This document shows, piece after piece, positions 19,091-28,931 of a stretch of DNA of 64,000 bases. A program made the position numbers and the translations under genes. The notes under the pieces are model-generated. The model was given only the letters and a program-made list of their open reading frames with translations, had not been told where the DNA came from and made no database searches. Within the stretch, counting starts at the first letter, position 1; each line of letters begins with the position of its first letter. This stretch comes from an uncultured bacterium (GTDB taxonomy: Bacteria; Patescibacteriota; Minisyncoccia; Phycocordibacterales; UBA9973), in contig CAITGV010000001.1 in NCBI GenBank assembly GCA_903892035.1, positions 226,711 through 290,710 of the forward strand. Reading direction: 5' to 3'.

Positions 19091-20644
19091 ATGAGTTTTT
19101 CACGAGTATACTCGGCACAAACACATTTACTGAAAGGACAAATTGTGACAGTTGAGACGGACATATCACGTGGGCTAAATGCTTTCTCGATTGTTGGCCT
19201 GCCTGATAAAGCTGTCGAAGAAGCAAAGGACAGAGTGGGAAGCGCTTTAAAAAATTCCGGCTTCGAATCACCAAAACACAAAAACCAAAAAACTGTCGTG
19301 GCCCTTGCTCCTGCAAATATCAAAAAAGAAGGGCCCTTTTTTGACGTTGCAATTGCTCTCGGATATCTACTTGCAAATGGGGAAATTGTTTTCAAACCTG
19401 AAGGAAAAATATTTTTAGGTGAGCTTTCGTTAAATGGCGAATTGCAAATGATAAAAGGTGCACTACCTCTGACAGAAGAAGCAAAGAAGCGTGGATTTAC
19501 TGAGATATATTTGCCAATTGAAAATGCAAAAGAAGCAGCTTTAATAGAAGACATAAAAGTCTACGGAATAAAAAATTTAAAAGAATTAATAAATGCAATT
19601 GATGAAAACAATTTGGAAGATGAAAATTATAAAAAAATTTCTATTCCTCAAACACCTAGAACAGAAATAATTTACAAAAGAAAAAATCAATCAATAGATT
19701 TTTCGGACGTGCGCGGACAAGAATCAGCAAAAAGGGGATTGGAAATCGCCGCAGCGGGTGGACACAATATTGCAATGTCGGGTCCGCCCGGAACGGGAAA
19801 AACAATGCTCGCTCGGGTTTTCACAGACCTGCTACCCGATTTGCGGCTTGAAGAAATTTTAGAAATTACTGGCATTCACTCTATCGTCGGAGCACTTGAT
19901 GATGACTTAGTTACAGCGCCACCATTTCGTGCACCACACCACACAGCATCATATGTTTCACTCATTGGTGGTGGCACAAATATAAAACCAGGAGAGGTGA
20001 CACTCGCGCATAGAGGTGTACTTTTTTTAGATGAGTTTCCTGAATTTGAAAAACGTGTAATTGAAAGTTTACGTCAACCACTTGAAGACAATGTGGTCTC
20101 AATTTCTCGAGCAAAAGGCACAGCACTTTACCCTTCAAATTTTATTTTAATAGCTGCAATGAATCCTTGTCCCTGCGGAAATGCTGGAGTAAAAAACAAA
20201 CACTGTGTTTGTAAACCAAGTGACACTGCGCGTTATGAAAGAAAAATTTCAGGACCAATTATGGATCGCATAGACATTTGGGTAAATGTCGGAATGGTGG
20301 ACTACGACAAATTAGGTGAGGAAAAGGGTACTGGAGAAAACACAGTCACAATAAAAAATAGGGTATTGAAAGCTAGAAAAATTCAAGCAGATCGTTTTCG
20401 AAAAGCTAAAAAAAATATCACTACAAATAGCGATATGAATGTAAAAGATTTGGCAATTTTTGCACCACTATCCGCTGACGTAAAACAAATTTTAAATCAA
20501 AGTGCTGAACGTTTACAACTCTCAGCTCGCGCATACCACAGAGTAATTAAACTCGCGCGCACAATCGCTGACCTAGAAGGCAGTGTAAATATTTTAGGAA
20601 ATCATATTTTAGAAGCTCTTCAGTACCGCCCAAAAAATAATTAG
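19091..20644 (+). CDS. comM: YifB/ComM Mg-chelatase-like AAA ATPase
   Basis: IVGLPDKAVEE, GPPGTGKT, FRAPHHTAS, LFLDEFPEF, MNPCPCG and LSARAYHR motifs. Confidence 0.93.
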   Translation: MSFSRVYSAQTHLLKGQIVTVETDISRGLNAFSIVGLPDKAVEEAKDRVGSALKNSGFESPKHKNQKTVVALAPANIKKEGPFFDVAIALGYLLANGEIVFKPEGKIFLGELSLNGELQMIKGALPLTEEAKKRGFTEIYLPIENAKEAALIEDIKVYGIKNLKELINAIDENNLEDENYKKISIPQTPRTEIIYKRKNQSIDFSDVRGQESAKRGLEIAAAGGHNIAMSGPPGTGKTMLARVFTDLLPDLRLEEILEITGIHSIVGALDDDLVTAPPFRAPHHTASYVSLIGGGTNIKPGEVTLAHRGVLFLDEFPEFEKRVIESLRQPLEDNVVSISRAKGTALYPSNFILIAAMNPCPCGNAGVKNKHCVCKPSDTARYERKISGPIMDRIDIWVNVGMVDYDKLGEEKGTGENTVTIKNRVLKARKIQADRFRKAKKNITTNSDMNVKDLAIFAPLSADVKQILNQSAERLQLSARAYHRVIKLARTIADLEGSVNILGNHILEALQYRPKNN

Positions 20645-21801
20645 TTTCCAGTGTAGCTATGATGTCCTTGACCTAGGGGATTTTTTGCGTGGCGAACTTC
20701 AAAATGCAAATGTGGACCAGTACTGTGCCCAGTATTTCCCACAGCACCAATTATTTCTCCACGAGAAACACTTTGTCCTTGCACGACATCAACACGAGAC
20801 ATATGGCCATAAAGTGTTTCAGTTCCATTTGGATGTTCGATTGCAACAAATTCTCCATAACCTTGGTTATAGCCTGAAGGTTTTGCAATAATAACTATTC
20901 CATCTGCTGCAGCCATTATTGGTGTACCAATACTTGATGCTAGGTCAACTCCATCCTTGAAATGCAGATCTTGAGAAACAACACTACTTGAGATTGAAAC
21001 AGGGCGCAAGAAATAATTTCCAAGATCAGGTCCAGAATACTGAGCGGATAATGCTGGCATACCATATGAACCACTTGAAACTTTTGGTTTTTTTGTATTA
21101 ATATTTTTTATAGGCGGAGTGTCACCTTCAACCAAATCTGCATTGCTTGGGATTAAAATCTCATCACCCAGAGCTAGAGCATCTCCTGCACCTATATCAT
21201 TGTAAAGACTTATATCTTTTGCATCAATTTTGTATTTTTTTGCAATACTTGCAAGCGTGTCACCCTTTTTTACAGTATATTGTGTACCAGATTCAGGTAA
21301 AATTGTAAGCATTTGGTCCAATTTCAAAGACTGACCACGCGAAAGATTATTTATACTTACAATTGTACTAGTAGTAACATCAAACATTTTTGCAACAGAG
21401 GCTATGGTATCTCCTTGGCGAACTCGGTAAACAGTAATTTGATCAGACGGAGTTGGCATCAAAGCAACGTCGGCAGAAGTTCCAAGTGGACCCACTTCAG
21501 AAACTAAAGAATTTTGAGAAATTGAAATATTTGTATCATCTTGATTTTTATTACCCATTGTCGGTGTAGAGACAGCCTGAAGGAGGGGAATTGTTTGCGA
21601 ATTTTTGTCAGAAGTTGAAGTACTCTGATCTTCGGCATTGGCCTGATTGCTACTAAATAGATTTCCTACGAAAGATAAAAATGAAGCACTTGCAGGTGTG
21701 ACCTGATACGCAAAGAAAAAAACCACAAGTGCTAAAAAGCCAATTTTTGCTAAAAGTGCCTTAAAATAAGGCTTATTTGGGATATTGTTTTGTAGATTCA
21801 T
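20641..21801 (-). CDS. LysM plus M23 metallopeptidase
   Basis: Two LysM repeats (YRVRQGDT, YTVKKGDTL), H..DGVD, LYGH and STGPHLHFEVR. Confidence 0.93.
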   Translation of the reverse strand: MNLQNNIPNKPYFKALLAKIGFLALVVFFFAYQVTPASASFLSFVGNLFSSNQANAEDQSTSTSDKNSQTIPLLQAVSTPTMGNKNQDDTNISISQNSLVSEVGPLGTSADVALMPTPSDQITVYRVRQGDTIASVAKMFDVTTSTIVSINNLSRGQSLKLDQMLTILPESGTQYTVKKGDTLASIAKKYKIDAKDISLYNDIGAGDALALGDEILIPSNADLVEGDTPPIKNINTKKPKVSSGSYGMPALSAQYSGPDLGNYFLRPVSISSSVVSQDLHFKDGVDLASSIGTPIMAAADGIVIIAKPSGYNQGYGEFVAIEHPNGTETLYGHMSRVDVVQGQSVSRGEIIGAVGNTGHSTGPHLHFEVRHAKNPLGQGHHSYTGN

Positions 21802-21960
21802 GAAAAAGGCTTATTTAATGGGCTTTTCTGGGGTATCTGCTAAAAAGTCTTTGTTTATAAGGCTATTTTAGAGATTTCTTTGCATTCTGGAGAAGGGAAA
21901 CCCCTCCTATATATAAGGGTAGCCCTATTAGACCCCGAAGTCAACCTTTTTTTGTCCACC

Positions 21961-21991
21961 TGTGGATAAAAAAAATTTGACACTATCCACA
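21961..21991. promoter_or_regulatory. DnaA boxes in a divergent promoter region
   Basis: TGTGGATAA (perfect, 21961-21969) and CTATCCACA (one mismatch, 21983-21991). Confidence 0.5.
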
Positions 21992-22034
21992 ACTTATTGT
22001 TGCTAAAAATATACCCTTATATTACAATATCGGT

Positions 22035-24401
22035 ATGGCAACAAGAAAAACTCCAGGGTCAATGTCAAGTACAGGTGGCCCAGAAAAATTAAAATATAGT
22101 GTGAAGGCAGAAAGTAGTGGTCCAATTATTAATTTTAATCCTGTTATAAATAATAATCCTGAAAATACCAACAATATAAATATTGGTACAACAGGTACCC
22201 CAACGCCACCAACTCCGGCTGGTACTCCACCCGTTACACCAGTAACTCCTGGAACTACACCCCCAGCCCCAACTCCACCTGCTACTCCAACAACACCTGG
22301 TACAACTCCACCAACTCCGGCTAGTACTCCACCCGTTACACCAATAACTCCTGGAACTACACCCCCAGCCCCAACTACACCTGTAACTCCGGGAACTCCA
22401 CCTCCACCACCAGCTGCACCTCGAATGCCAACTGCGACATTTGAAACAGCTTTTCATAATGCTCGCGCAGATTATCTTGCAGCATTTGCTGCCGTTGTAG
22501 CTGCACGCCAAGCAGACGAACGTGCAAAACCAAAAGGTGTTATCGGTTGGATAAAAAATAAATTAACAAGTGAAAAAGTAGCAACAGGTCCTGCAAATGA
22601 CCCTGTTCTTGAAAGACAATTAGTAATTGCAGAACAAACATACAACAATGCAAAATACCAATACTACAACTCACAAATATTAGACGAAAAAGAAAGACTC
22701 GAAGGGTCAGTTTTACCCGGAGTACCAGGCCCACAATTTACTCCTGCTGAAATTGAATCACAAATGATGGTTTTTAAGCGTGACTTTGCAATGATTGATA
22801 TTGAAAACGAATTAAATGCTGTTCAGGCTGCAAAAGAAAGTGCAATGCCACCACTTCGAAAAACCCTACTCAGACAATCTCTTGAAAGTTACAACAACTG
22901 GCAACCAACAACACTAAAAGGAAAAATTGCAAAAAAAGCTCTCGCAATTGGATTAGCTACAGCAATTGCAATTCCAGCTGGAGGACTAATTTCTGCTGGA
23001 CTTGGTGCTGCAGGAGGAGCACTTGGAGTTTCCTGGCTCACTGGAACATTTAGTGGTGGAGTTGCTCATGCCCTCACAGGAAAAGCACTACTATATAGAT
23101 CGGGAATGGCACTCGGCGGTACAGCAGTCCTAGGTGGAATTGCTGAAAAATTAAATAAAGATAATTCTAAACATACTGCGATTGTTGAACGTGCTCAAAA
23201 TCGTGGAGAGTTAGCATTAGCACAAAATTTTGATCAAAACGTTTTGCAAAACTTCGAAGCACGTTACGCAGGAATTTCCGCAAAACAAAGAGAGACAGAA
23301 AAATCAAAACGTAAGCAAAATATGTGGCTAAGAATTGGATTGGGAACTCTTGCTTCTGCTGGAGCATCATTTTTGGCACCACATGAAAACATTCCTACAG
23401 ATGCTGTCACTGGAAACCATGCTGGTGGAGTTCCATATGATCCAAACTATTCTCACAGACTTGGACTTGATCCTTGGAACAATACTCCCGACTACACAAC
23501 TCACGCAATTCCTGTGAGTTCAATGGGTTTCAATACTACAATGGAACAACTTCAACATCAGTTTCAAGTTGATCATCCTGGAGTTGCATTACCACCAGAA
23601 CTTCAAGGAAGTGGCGCGGAAATTGCGCAAAGAATGGGAATGTTTCGCCCTGGAGCTACAGATGGAATGGAAAGTGGAGTAGTGCCTGCGGGTTCAACAA
23701 TCAGTATTGATAATCATGGAAATATGATTTTGCACAATTCTGTAAATGGCCAGGATGAAATAATAAATAAAGGCGCTCCATTTCACGATAAATTCTTCCA
23801 CTACACCGGCAACGACGCTCATGAAGTAGCTGGCAATGGAACAGTAGACAACACACCCCAAGGTGGTCTTGCTGAAAATGGAAACGTGGAGACAAACACA
23901 CAGGGTGATTTGTCTGGTAGTGCTACAAGTGCTACAGAATCTGCGACGAGCACAGCTTCATCTGGTTTCGCAGAAACATATTCAGGAATTGGTTCACACC
24001 CTGTTTACACTTCTTCAATGTTTTCAGGTTTTGCAACACCTGAAGCAAAAGCAGATTTTGGTTTCAAGGCTTTTATTGACAATGTTTACGGAGAACACGA
24101 CGCAACAGGACATTTATCTACAACTGGTTTCGAAACAGACGGTGGAAAAATGGCACTAGGTGGAGATTATCGTCCTGGTGAATTAATAAATGAAACAACA
24201 AGAGATGGAAACGTACTTGAAATCGATGGTAGCGATACACACGCTCAAGCATTTGTAAAAGGTCTACAGAAACTTTCAGAACTATCTGGAATTTATCCAA
24301 CAGCAACTGACTCAATGATGGATACAAAAACTTTCATTGAAGTTGCAATGTCAAAAATAAAAGAAGAAGATCTTATAAACGTCGTGAATTTGAAATATTA
24401 A
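22035..24401 (+). CDS. Large hypothetical protein with Pro/Thr-rich repeats and Gly/Ala-rich hydrophobic segments
   Basis: 788-aa ORF with its own promoter (TTGCTA-17-TACAAT). Confidence 0.75.
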   Translation: MATRKTPGSMSSTGGPEKLKYSVKAESSGPIINFNPVINNNPENTNNINIGTTGTPTPPTPAGTPPVTPVTPGTTPPAPTPPATPTTPGTTPPTPASTPPVTPITPGTTPPAPTTPVTPGTPPPPPAAPRMPTATFETAFHNARADYLAAFAAVVAARQADERAKPKGVIGWIKNKLTSEKVATGPANDPVLERQLVIAEQTYNNAKYQYYNSQILDEKERLEGSVLPGVPGPQFTPAEIESQMMVFKRDFAMIDIENELNAVQAAKESAMPPLRKTLLRQSLESYNNWQPTTLKGKIAKKALAIGLATAIAIPAGGLISAGLGAAGGALGVSWLTGTFSGGVAHALTGKALLYRSGMALGGTAVLGGIAEKLNKDNSKHTAIVERAQNRGELALAQNFDQNVLQNFEARYAGISAKQRETEKSKRKQNMWLRIGLGTLASAGASFLAPHENIPTDAVTGNHAGGVPYDPNYSHRLGLDPWNNTPDYTTHAIPVSSMGFNTTMEQLQHQFQVDHPGVALPPELQGSGAEIAQRMGMFRPGATDGMESGVVPAGSTISIDNHGNMILHNSVNGQDEIINKGAPFHDKFFHYTGNDAHEVAGNGTVDNTPQGGLAENGNVETNTQGDLSGSATSATESATSTASSGFAETYSGIGSHPVYTSSMFSGFATPEAKADFGFKAFIDNVYGEHDATGHLSTTGFETDGGKMALGGDYRPGELINETTRDGNVLEIDGSDTHAQAFVKGLQKLSELSGIYPTATDSMMDTKTFIEVAMSKIKEEDLINVVNLKY
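22206..22383 (+). repeat. Intragenic direct repeat, two ~76-bp copies at 102-bp period
   Basis: ccaccaactccggct.gtactccacccgttacacca.taactcctggaactacacccccagccccaact.cacctg at 22206 and 22308. Confidence 0.9.
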
Positions 24402-24426
24402 TATTAACAATTAATTTAAAAAACAT

Positions 24427-24732
24427 ATGGACAATGAAATGATGGAAAAAATTTTGGTAGAGCTTGGAATGGGAAATCTACCAGAAGAAGAGAAAATTTC
24501 GACAATGGAGAGAATAGGAAAAATTCTTTACCAAGCTGTAATGTTGCGAGTAATGGACACAATGACAGACGAGCAAGCAGAAACTTTTGGCAAAGCAATG
24601 GGTGAAAATCCAACTCCTGAATTTATAATCAATTATTTGAAAGGTGTATTACCAAATATGAATCAAATAATTGAAGAAGAAGCTTTAAAATTCAAAGCAG
24701 AAAGCAAAGCAATAATGTCTTTAGGTGTATAA
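24427..24732 (+). CDS. Small acidic helical protein (resembles CPR DUF5663-type proteins)
   Basis: LGMGNLPEEEK...IGKILYQAVMLRV pattern. Confidence 0.65.
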   Translation: MDNEMMEKILVELGMGNLPEEEKISTMERIGKILYQAVMLRVMDTMTDEQAETFGKAMGENPTPEFIINYLKGVLPNMNQIIEEEALKFKAESKAIMSLGV

Positions 24733-24769
24733 ATTTTTATAACAAAACTATCGTGCTATAGTGTTATAG

Positions 24770-26698
24770 ATGAAAAACCATCTCGACACATTAAACGAAA
24801 AACAAAAAGAAGCGGTCCTAACACTTGTGGGACCGCTTCTTATTGTTGCGGGTGCTGGTGCTGGTAAAACCAAGACTCTCACGCACCGTATAGTAGAGCT
24901 TGCAAAAGAGGGAATTCCACCCGAGCAAATACTGGCCGTGACTTTCACAAATAAAGCCGCAAAAGAAATGCGAGAAAGGGCATTGGCACTACTTTCGAGT
25001 GAGCACATCGACGGTATTCCTTTTATTTCTACTTTTCACGCTTTGGGAGTTTATATAATTCGAGAAAATGCTGTAAAAATTGGTCTCACGAGAAATTTCA
25101 AAATAATGGATGAAGGTGATGCAATTTCTCTCATAAAAGAATCAGTGGTAGAAGCAGGACTCGACCCAAAACAATTTGAACCAAAGAAAATTAAAAGCGT
25201 AATCTCTCGAGAAAAAGGAAATTTTGTCACTCCAGCTGGATATGCAGATAAAGCATTTTCATATTTTGAAAAAGTTGTCGCAGACATCTGGGCAAGATAT
25301 CAGAAAAAAATAAAAGCCGAGGGTGGCTTGGATTTCGATGATTTATTGGTTGAAGCAGTTTTACTTTTAGAAAAGAATTTAGATATTCGCAAACACTATC
25401 AGGACAGGTGGCAATATATTCACATCGACGAGTATCAAGACACAAATCAAGTGCAATATGAATTTGCAAAACTTCTTGCTGGAACTTTGAAAAATATTTG
25501 TGTTGTGGGTGACACAGATCAAAACATTTATAGTTGGCGCGGAGCAAATTTGAAAAATATGCTCCATTTTGAAAAAGATTTTCCTGGTGCAAAAATTGTA
25601 ATGCTCGAGCAAAACTATCGTTCAACAAAAAATATTCTCACCGCTGCAAATGAAATAATTCAAAAAAATACCGTGCGTGTTCCAAAAAATCTTTTTACAG
25701 AAAAAGAAGATGGTGAAAAAGTTTCACTTCACGAAGCTTATGATGAAAGCCATGAAGCAATATATGTGGCTGACAAAATTCACTCACTTATGGAGGGTGG
25801 GGTAGAGGCAAAAGACATTGCTGTACTTTACCGTGCAAACTTTCAATCTCGCGCACTTGAAGATGCATTGCTTGCAGAGCAAATTCCTTATCAAGTTTTA
25901 GGTACACGCTTTTTTGATAGAAAAGAAATTAAAGATACTCTTTCGTATTTACGTGCAGCAGAAAATCACAATTCGCTTTCAGATATTAAAAGAGTAATAA
26001 ATTTTCCTGCTCGTGGAATTGGAAAAGTTACCATTGCAAAAATTTTTGCAGGCATGACAAATGAATTGCCAGCAGGTACACAAAAGAAAGTTGAAAACTT
26101 TTATAAACTTCTTGAAAAAATAAAAGCCTTCTCCCTCACAAGCACTGCGTCGGAAACTATTAAATACATCATCAAAGAAAGTGGCTTGGAAGAAATATTG
26201 AGAGCAGGGGGTGCAGAAGACCTCGAAAGACTCGAAAACATAAAAGAGCTTGTAACGCTTGCTAAAAAGTATGATAATCTTGGCGCCGATGGAGTGATAA
26301 AGCTTCTGGACGATGCCACTCTCGCAAGCGACCAGGATACTCTCCTTATGGCTGAAGGCAAAAAAGCCGACAATGCTGTGCGACTTATGACGGTGCACGC
26401 TTCAAAAGGTTTGGAATTTAAAAATGTTTTTATTACAGGTCTTGAGCAAGATTTATTTCCAAATAAAAATAGAGTGGCAAAAACAAAAGAAGATGGGGAA
26501 GAAGAGAGAAGACTTTTTTATGTCGCACTCACTCGTGCTGAAGAGAAAGTATTTTTAGTGTATGCTGGAATTAGAACCATATTTGGTTCAAGACAAATAA
26601 ATGCTCCGTCAGAATTTATTTATGACATACCGGAACATTTAGTAGAAATAGAATACGGAAATCCAGGAAAGAGTAAAGAAAAGATAGTTTGGATATGA
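24770..26698 (+). CDS. pcrA: UvrD/PcrA DNA helicase
   Basis: AGAGAGKT, TFTNKAA, DEYQD, NYRS, TVHASKGLEF and EERRLFYVALTRA motifs. Confidence 0.95.
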   Translation: MKNHLDTLNEKQKEAVLTLVGPLLIVAGAGAGKTKTLTHRIVELAKEGIPPEQILAVTFTNKAAKEMRERALALLSSEHIDGIPFISTFHALGVYIIRENAVKIGLTRNFKIMDEGDAISLIKESVVEAGLDPKQFEPKKIKSVISREKGNFVTPAGYADKAFSYFEKVVADIWARYQKKIKAEGGLDFDDLLVEAVLLLEKNLDIRKHYQDRWQYIHIDEYQDTNQVQYEFAKLLAGTLKNICVVGDTDQNIYSWRGANLKNMLHFEKDFPGAKIVMLEQNYRSTKNILTAANEIIQKNTVRVPKNLFTEKEDGEKVSLHEAYDESHEAIYVADKIHSLMEGGVEAKDIAVLYRANFQSRALEDALLAEQIPYQVLGTRFFDRKEIKDTLSYLRAAENHNSLSDIKRVINFPARGIGKVTIAKIFAGMTNELPAGTQKKVENFYKLLEKIKAFSLTSTASETIKYIIKESGLEEILRAGGAEDLERLENIKELVTLAKKYDNLGADGVIKLLDDATLASDQDTLLMAEGKKADNAVRLMTVHASKGLEFKNVFITGLEQDLFPNKNRVAKTKEDGEEERRLFYVALTRAEEKVFLVYAGIRTIFGSRQINAPSEFIYDIPEHLVEIEYGNPGKSKEKIVWI

Positions 26699-26702
26699 GT
26701 CT

Positions 26703-26792
26703 TCCTCTCCTTTACAAGGAGAGGATACAGGAGAGGTTCTTAATTAATGCACCTCTCCCCAACCCCTCTCCTTATTAATGAGAGGGGGGGGG
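26703..26792. repeat. Pair of CCTCTCC-N-GGAGAGG palindromic units
   Basis: cctctcctttacaaggagagg and cacctctccccaacccctctccttattaatgagagggg; related to 34741-34773 and 35234-35322. Confidence 0.8.
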
Positions 26793-26801
26793 AAATACAA
26801 T

Positions 26802-27653
26802 ATGTACCACAAAGCAAAAAAATCAATGGGTCAAAATTTTTTGAAATCGGCAAAGGCTTTGTCGCAAATTATTTCGGCGGGAGAAATAAATTTGCGGGAC
26901 ACAGTGCTTGAAATTGGTCCAGGAAAGGGGGCACTGACAGAAAAACTTTTAGAGACTAGTTGCACTGTTGTCGCTGTAGAAAAAGACAAATCTCTTTTTG
27001 AATTTTTAAATGAAAAATTTGCAGAATACATAAAAAATAAAAAATTAATTTTAACTGAAGACGATATATTAGAATTTGATATTTCAAAATTAAAGATACA
27101 AAATAAAAATTACAAGATTGTAGCCAACATTCCCTACAACATCACTGGTGCAATATTGAAAAAATTTCTTTCAAGCGAAAATCAACCTGCGAGTATGACA
27201 CTCTTGGTACAAAAAGAAGTCGCGGAGCGTATAGTGACTCGTGATAAAAAAGAAAGCATTCTTTCAGTGAGTGTGAAAGTTTACGGAATGCCAAAATATA
27301 TAGCAAAAGTTCCAGCACGGTATTTTTCTCCTGCACCAAAAGTTGATTCTGCGATAATTCATATTGGGGGGATTAATAAAGAGAAATTTAATACACCTCT
27401 CTCTAGCTCAATCCTCAATGAGCACATTGACCTACTGGGTTGTAAGGAGAGAGGACAGACTCCTGAAGATTGGTTTTTTACAGTTGTAAAAACTGGTTTT
27501 GCGCATAAGAGAAAAATGGCTATAAGTAATTTGTCTGAAATACTAAAAAGGGAAGATCTAGGTAAAGCATTTGCGACACTGGAAATTTCCGAAAAAGCTC
27601 GCCCAGAAGAAATCCCCACAGAAAAATGGCTTGCATTGTCAAAGATGCTATAA
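26802..27653 (+). CDS. rsmA: 16S rRNA m6,2A dimethyltransferase
   Basis: KKSMGQNFL, LEIGPGKG, ANIPYNI, QKEVAER and FSPAPKVDS motifs; start moved to ATG 26802. Confidence 0.96.
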   Translation: MYHKAKKSMGQNFLKSAKALSQIISAGEINLRDTVLEIGPGKGALTEKLLETSCTVVAVEKDKSLFEFLNEKFAEYIKNKKLILTEDDILEFDISKLKIQNKNYKIVANIPYNITGAILKKFLSSENQPASMTLLVQKEVAERIVTRDKKESILSVSVKVYGMPKYIAKVPARYFSPAPKVDSAIIHIGGINKEKFNTPLSSSILNEHIDLLGCKERGQTPEDWFFTVVKTGFAHKRKMAISNLSEILKREDLGKAFATLEISEKARPEEIPTEKWLALSKML

Positions 27654-27660
27654 TTAAAAA

Positions 27661-28011
27661 ATGAAAAATAAAGTTTTACTCTTGGGAATTATCTCTCTTC
27701 TCCTGGTTTTTGTAGGTTTACTACAAGGACAAAAAGCAAATGCTGGGGTCGGGCTTTCTTTTGGAGGAAGAATCGTAACAACAGAAGTACCAGGGGTAGA
27801 ATGTGCAAGTGGGTATGGAATTATTTCAATTACCCCAGCAGGGAAATTTCAAGTTACAGATTACGCAACTACGGGTTTTTACCCAGTAGTAACACACGTT
27901 GGTGGATACATCCTTGGTTTATACAGTCCAATCATGGCTCCACTTTGCGTAGACGATGCAGGTACACCGTGGATGGCCTTCCCTGTAACATATTGGGGTT
28001 CAGGTAAATAA
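27661..28011 (+). CDS. Small secreted protein (T4SS-locus associated)
   Basis: Signal peptide, FGGRI motif and two Cys. Confidence 0.7.
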   Translation: MKNKVLLLGIISLLLVFVGLLQGQKANAGVGLSFGGRIVTTEVPGVECASGYGIISITPAGKFQVTDYATTGFYPVVTHVGGYILGLYSPIMAPLCVDDAGTPWMAFPVTYWGSGK

Positions 28012-28012
28012 T

Positions 28013-28918
28013 ATGCAAAAATTTCTTCCTAGTAAAAAATTGGTAATCAAAATCGTAAGCATTGCTTTAATTTTAGTTATCATCTATTTTGCAATAAACC
28101 AAATAAGTAAAAACTCTATTAGTACCACAAACAACAACGACCCTAAAAATATTGCGAACCCGACAGTAGTTTTTACTAGCGTAGTACAACAAGATAGCAA
28201 TAACAATGGTATTCCAGACTGGGAAGAAACTCTCTGGGGACTGGACCCAAAAGGCAATGGTGATGCGAATAAAAAAATAATTGATGCAAAAAAAGCTACC
28301 TTACCTGATCAAGTAAACGGAAAAGATACTAGCGCCGACAATGAAACAACTCTTTTTGCAAAAGAGCTTTTTGCAAGTATTATGGCTTTAAAACAAAATG
28401 GCAATTTATCAGAGCAAAACGTATTGGCTCTTGGTAGTACACTGCAAGCAAATGTTTCAGAAAAAAAGGACATTCCTGATATTTATACGGAAAAATATTT
28501 AATTATAATAAATAGCAATACGCCAAATGACATTGAAAAATATAGACAAAATATGCAAAAGGCCATTGATCCATTTAATAAATCTGCAATGGGTAACGAA
28601 CTTTCAATAATGGCAAACATACTTTCAACTGGCGACAAATCTCAGCTTTCAGATTTGGTAGATATAGGTAAGACATATCAAAAATATGCAGAATCAATGG
28701 CAAAAGTACCAACACCGTCGGGAAATGTAAAAATTCAATTGGATATTGTGAACTCAACAGCAAAAACTGGACTAGCTATACAAAATATGTCTCAAATAAT
28801 AGACAATTCTCTTATTGGTTTACTTGGTGTCAGCCAATACGGCACATATATAGGGAAATATAACGATTCATTAAAAAATTTACATACCTATTTATTAAAT
28901 AATGCTATAATAAAATAG
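28013..28918 (+). CDS. Membrane-anchored protein with a Ca-binding-like DSNNNGIPDWEE motif
   Basis: N-terminal TM followed by DxNxNGIPDWEExxxGxDP. Confidence 0.7.
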   Translation: MQKFLPSKKLVIKIVSIALILVIIYFAINQISKNSISTTNNNDPKNIANPTVVFTSVVQQDSNNNGIPDWEETLWGLDPKGNGDANKKIIDAKKATLPDQVNGKDTSADNETTLFAKELFASIMALKQNGNLSEQNVLALGSTLQANVSEKKDIPDIYTEKYLIIINSNTPNDIEKYRQNMQKAIDPFNKSAMGNELSIMANILSTGDKSQLSDLVDIGKTYQKYAESMAKVPTPSGNVKIQLDIVNSTAKTGLAIQNMSQIIDNSLIGLLGVSQYGTYIGKYNDSLKNLHTYLLNNAIIK

Positions 28919-28931
28919 TAATTTGATTTTA

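Noticed and set aside
21961-21991. Alternative replication origin
   Set aside because: Only two DnaA boxes and no trio-like run; the dnaA-dnaN spacer is a much better candidate
22206-22383. CRISPR-like repeat
   Set aside because: Only two copies, in-frame, encoding a Pro/Thr linker
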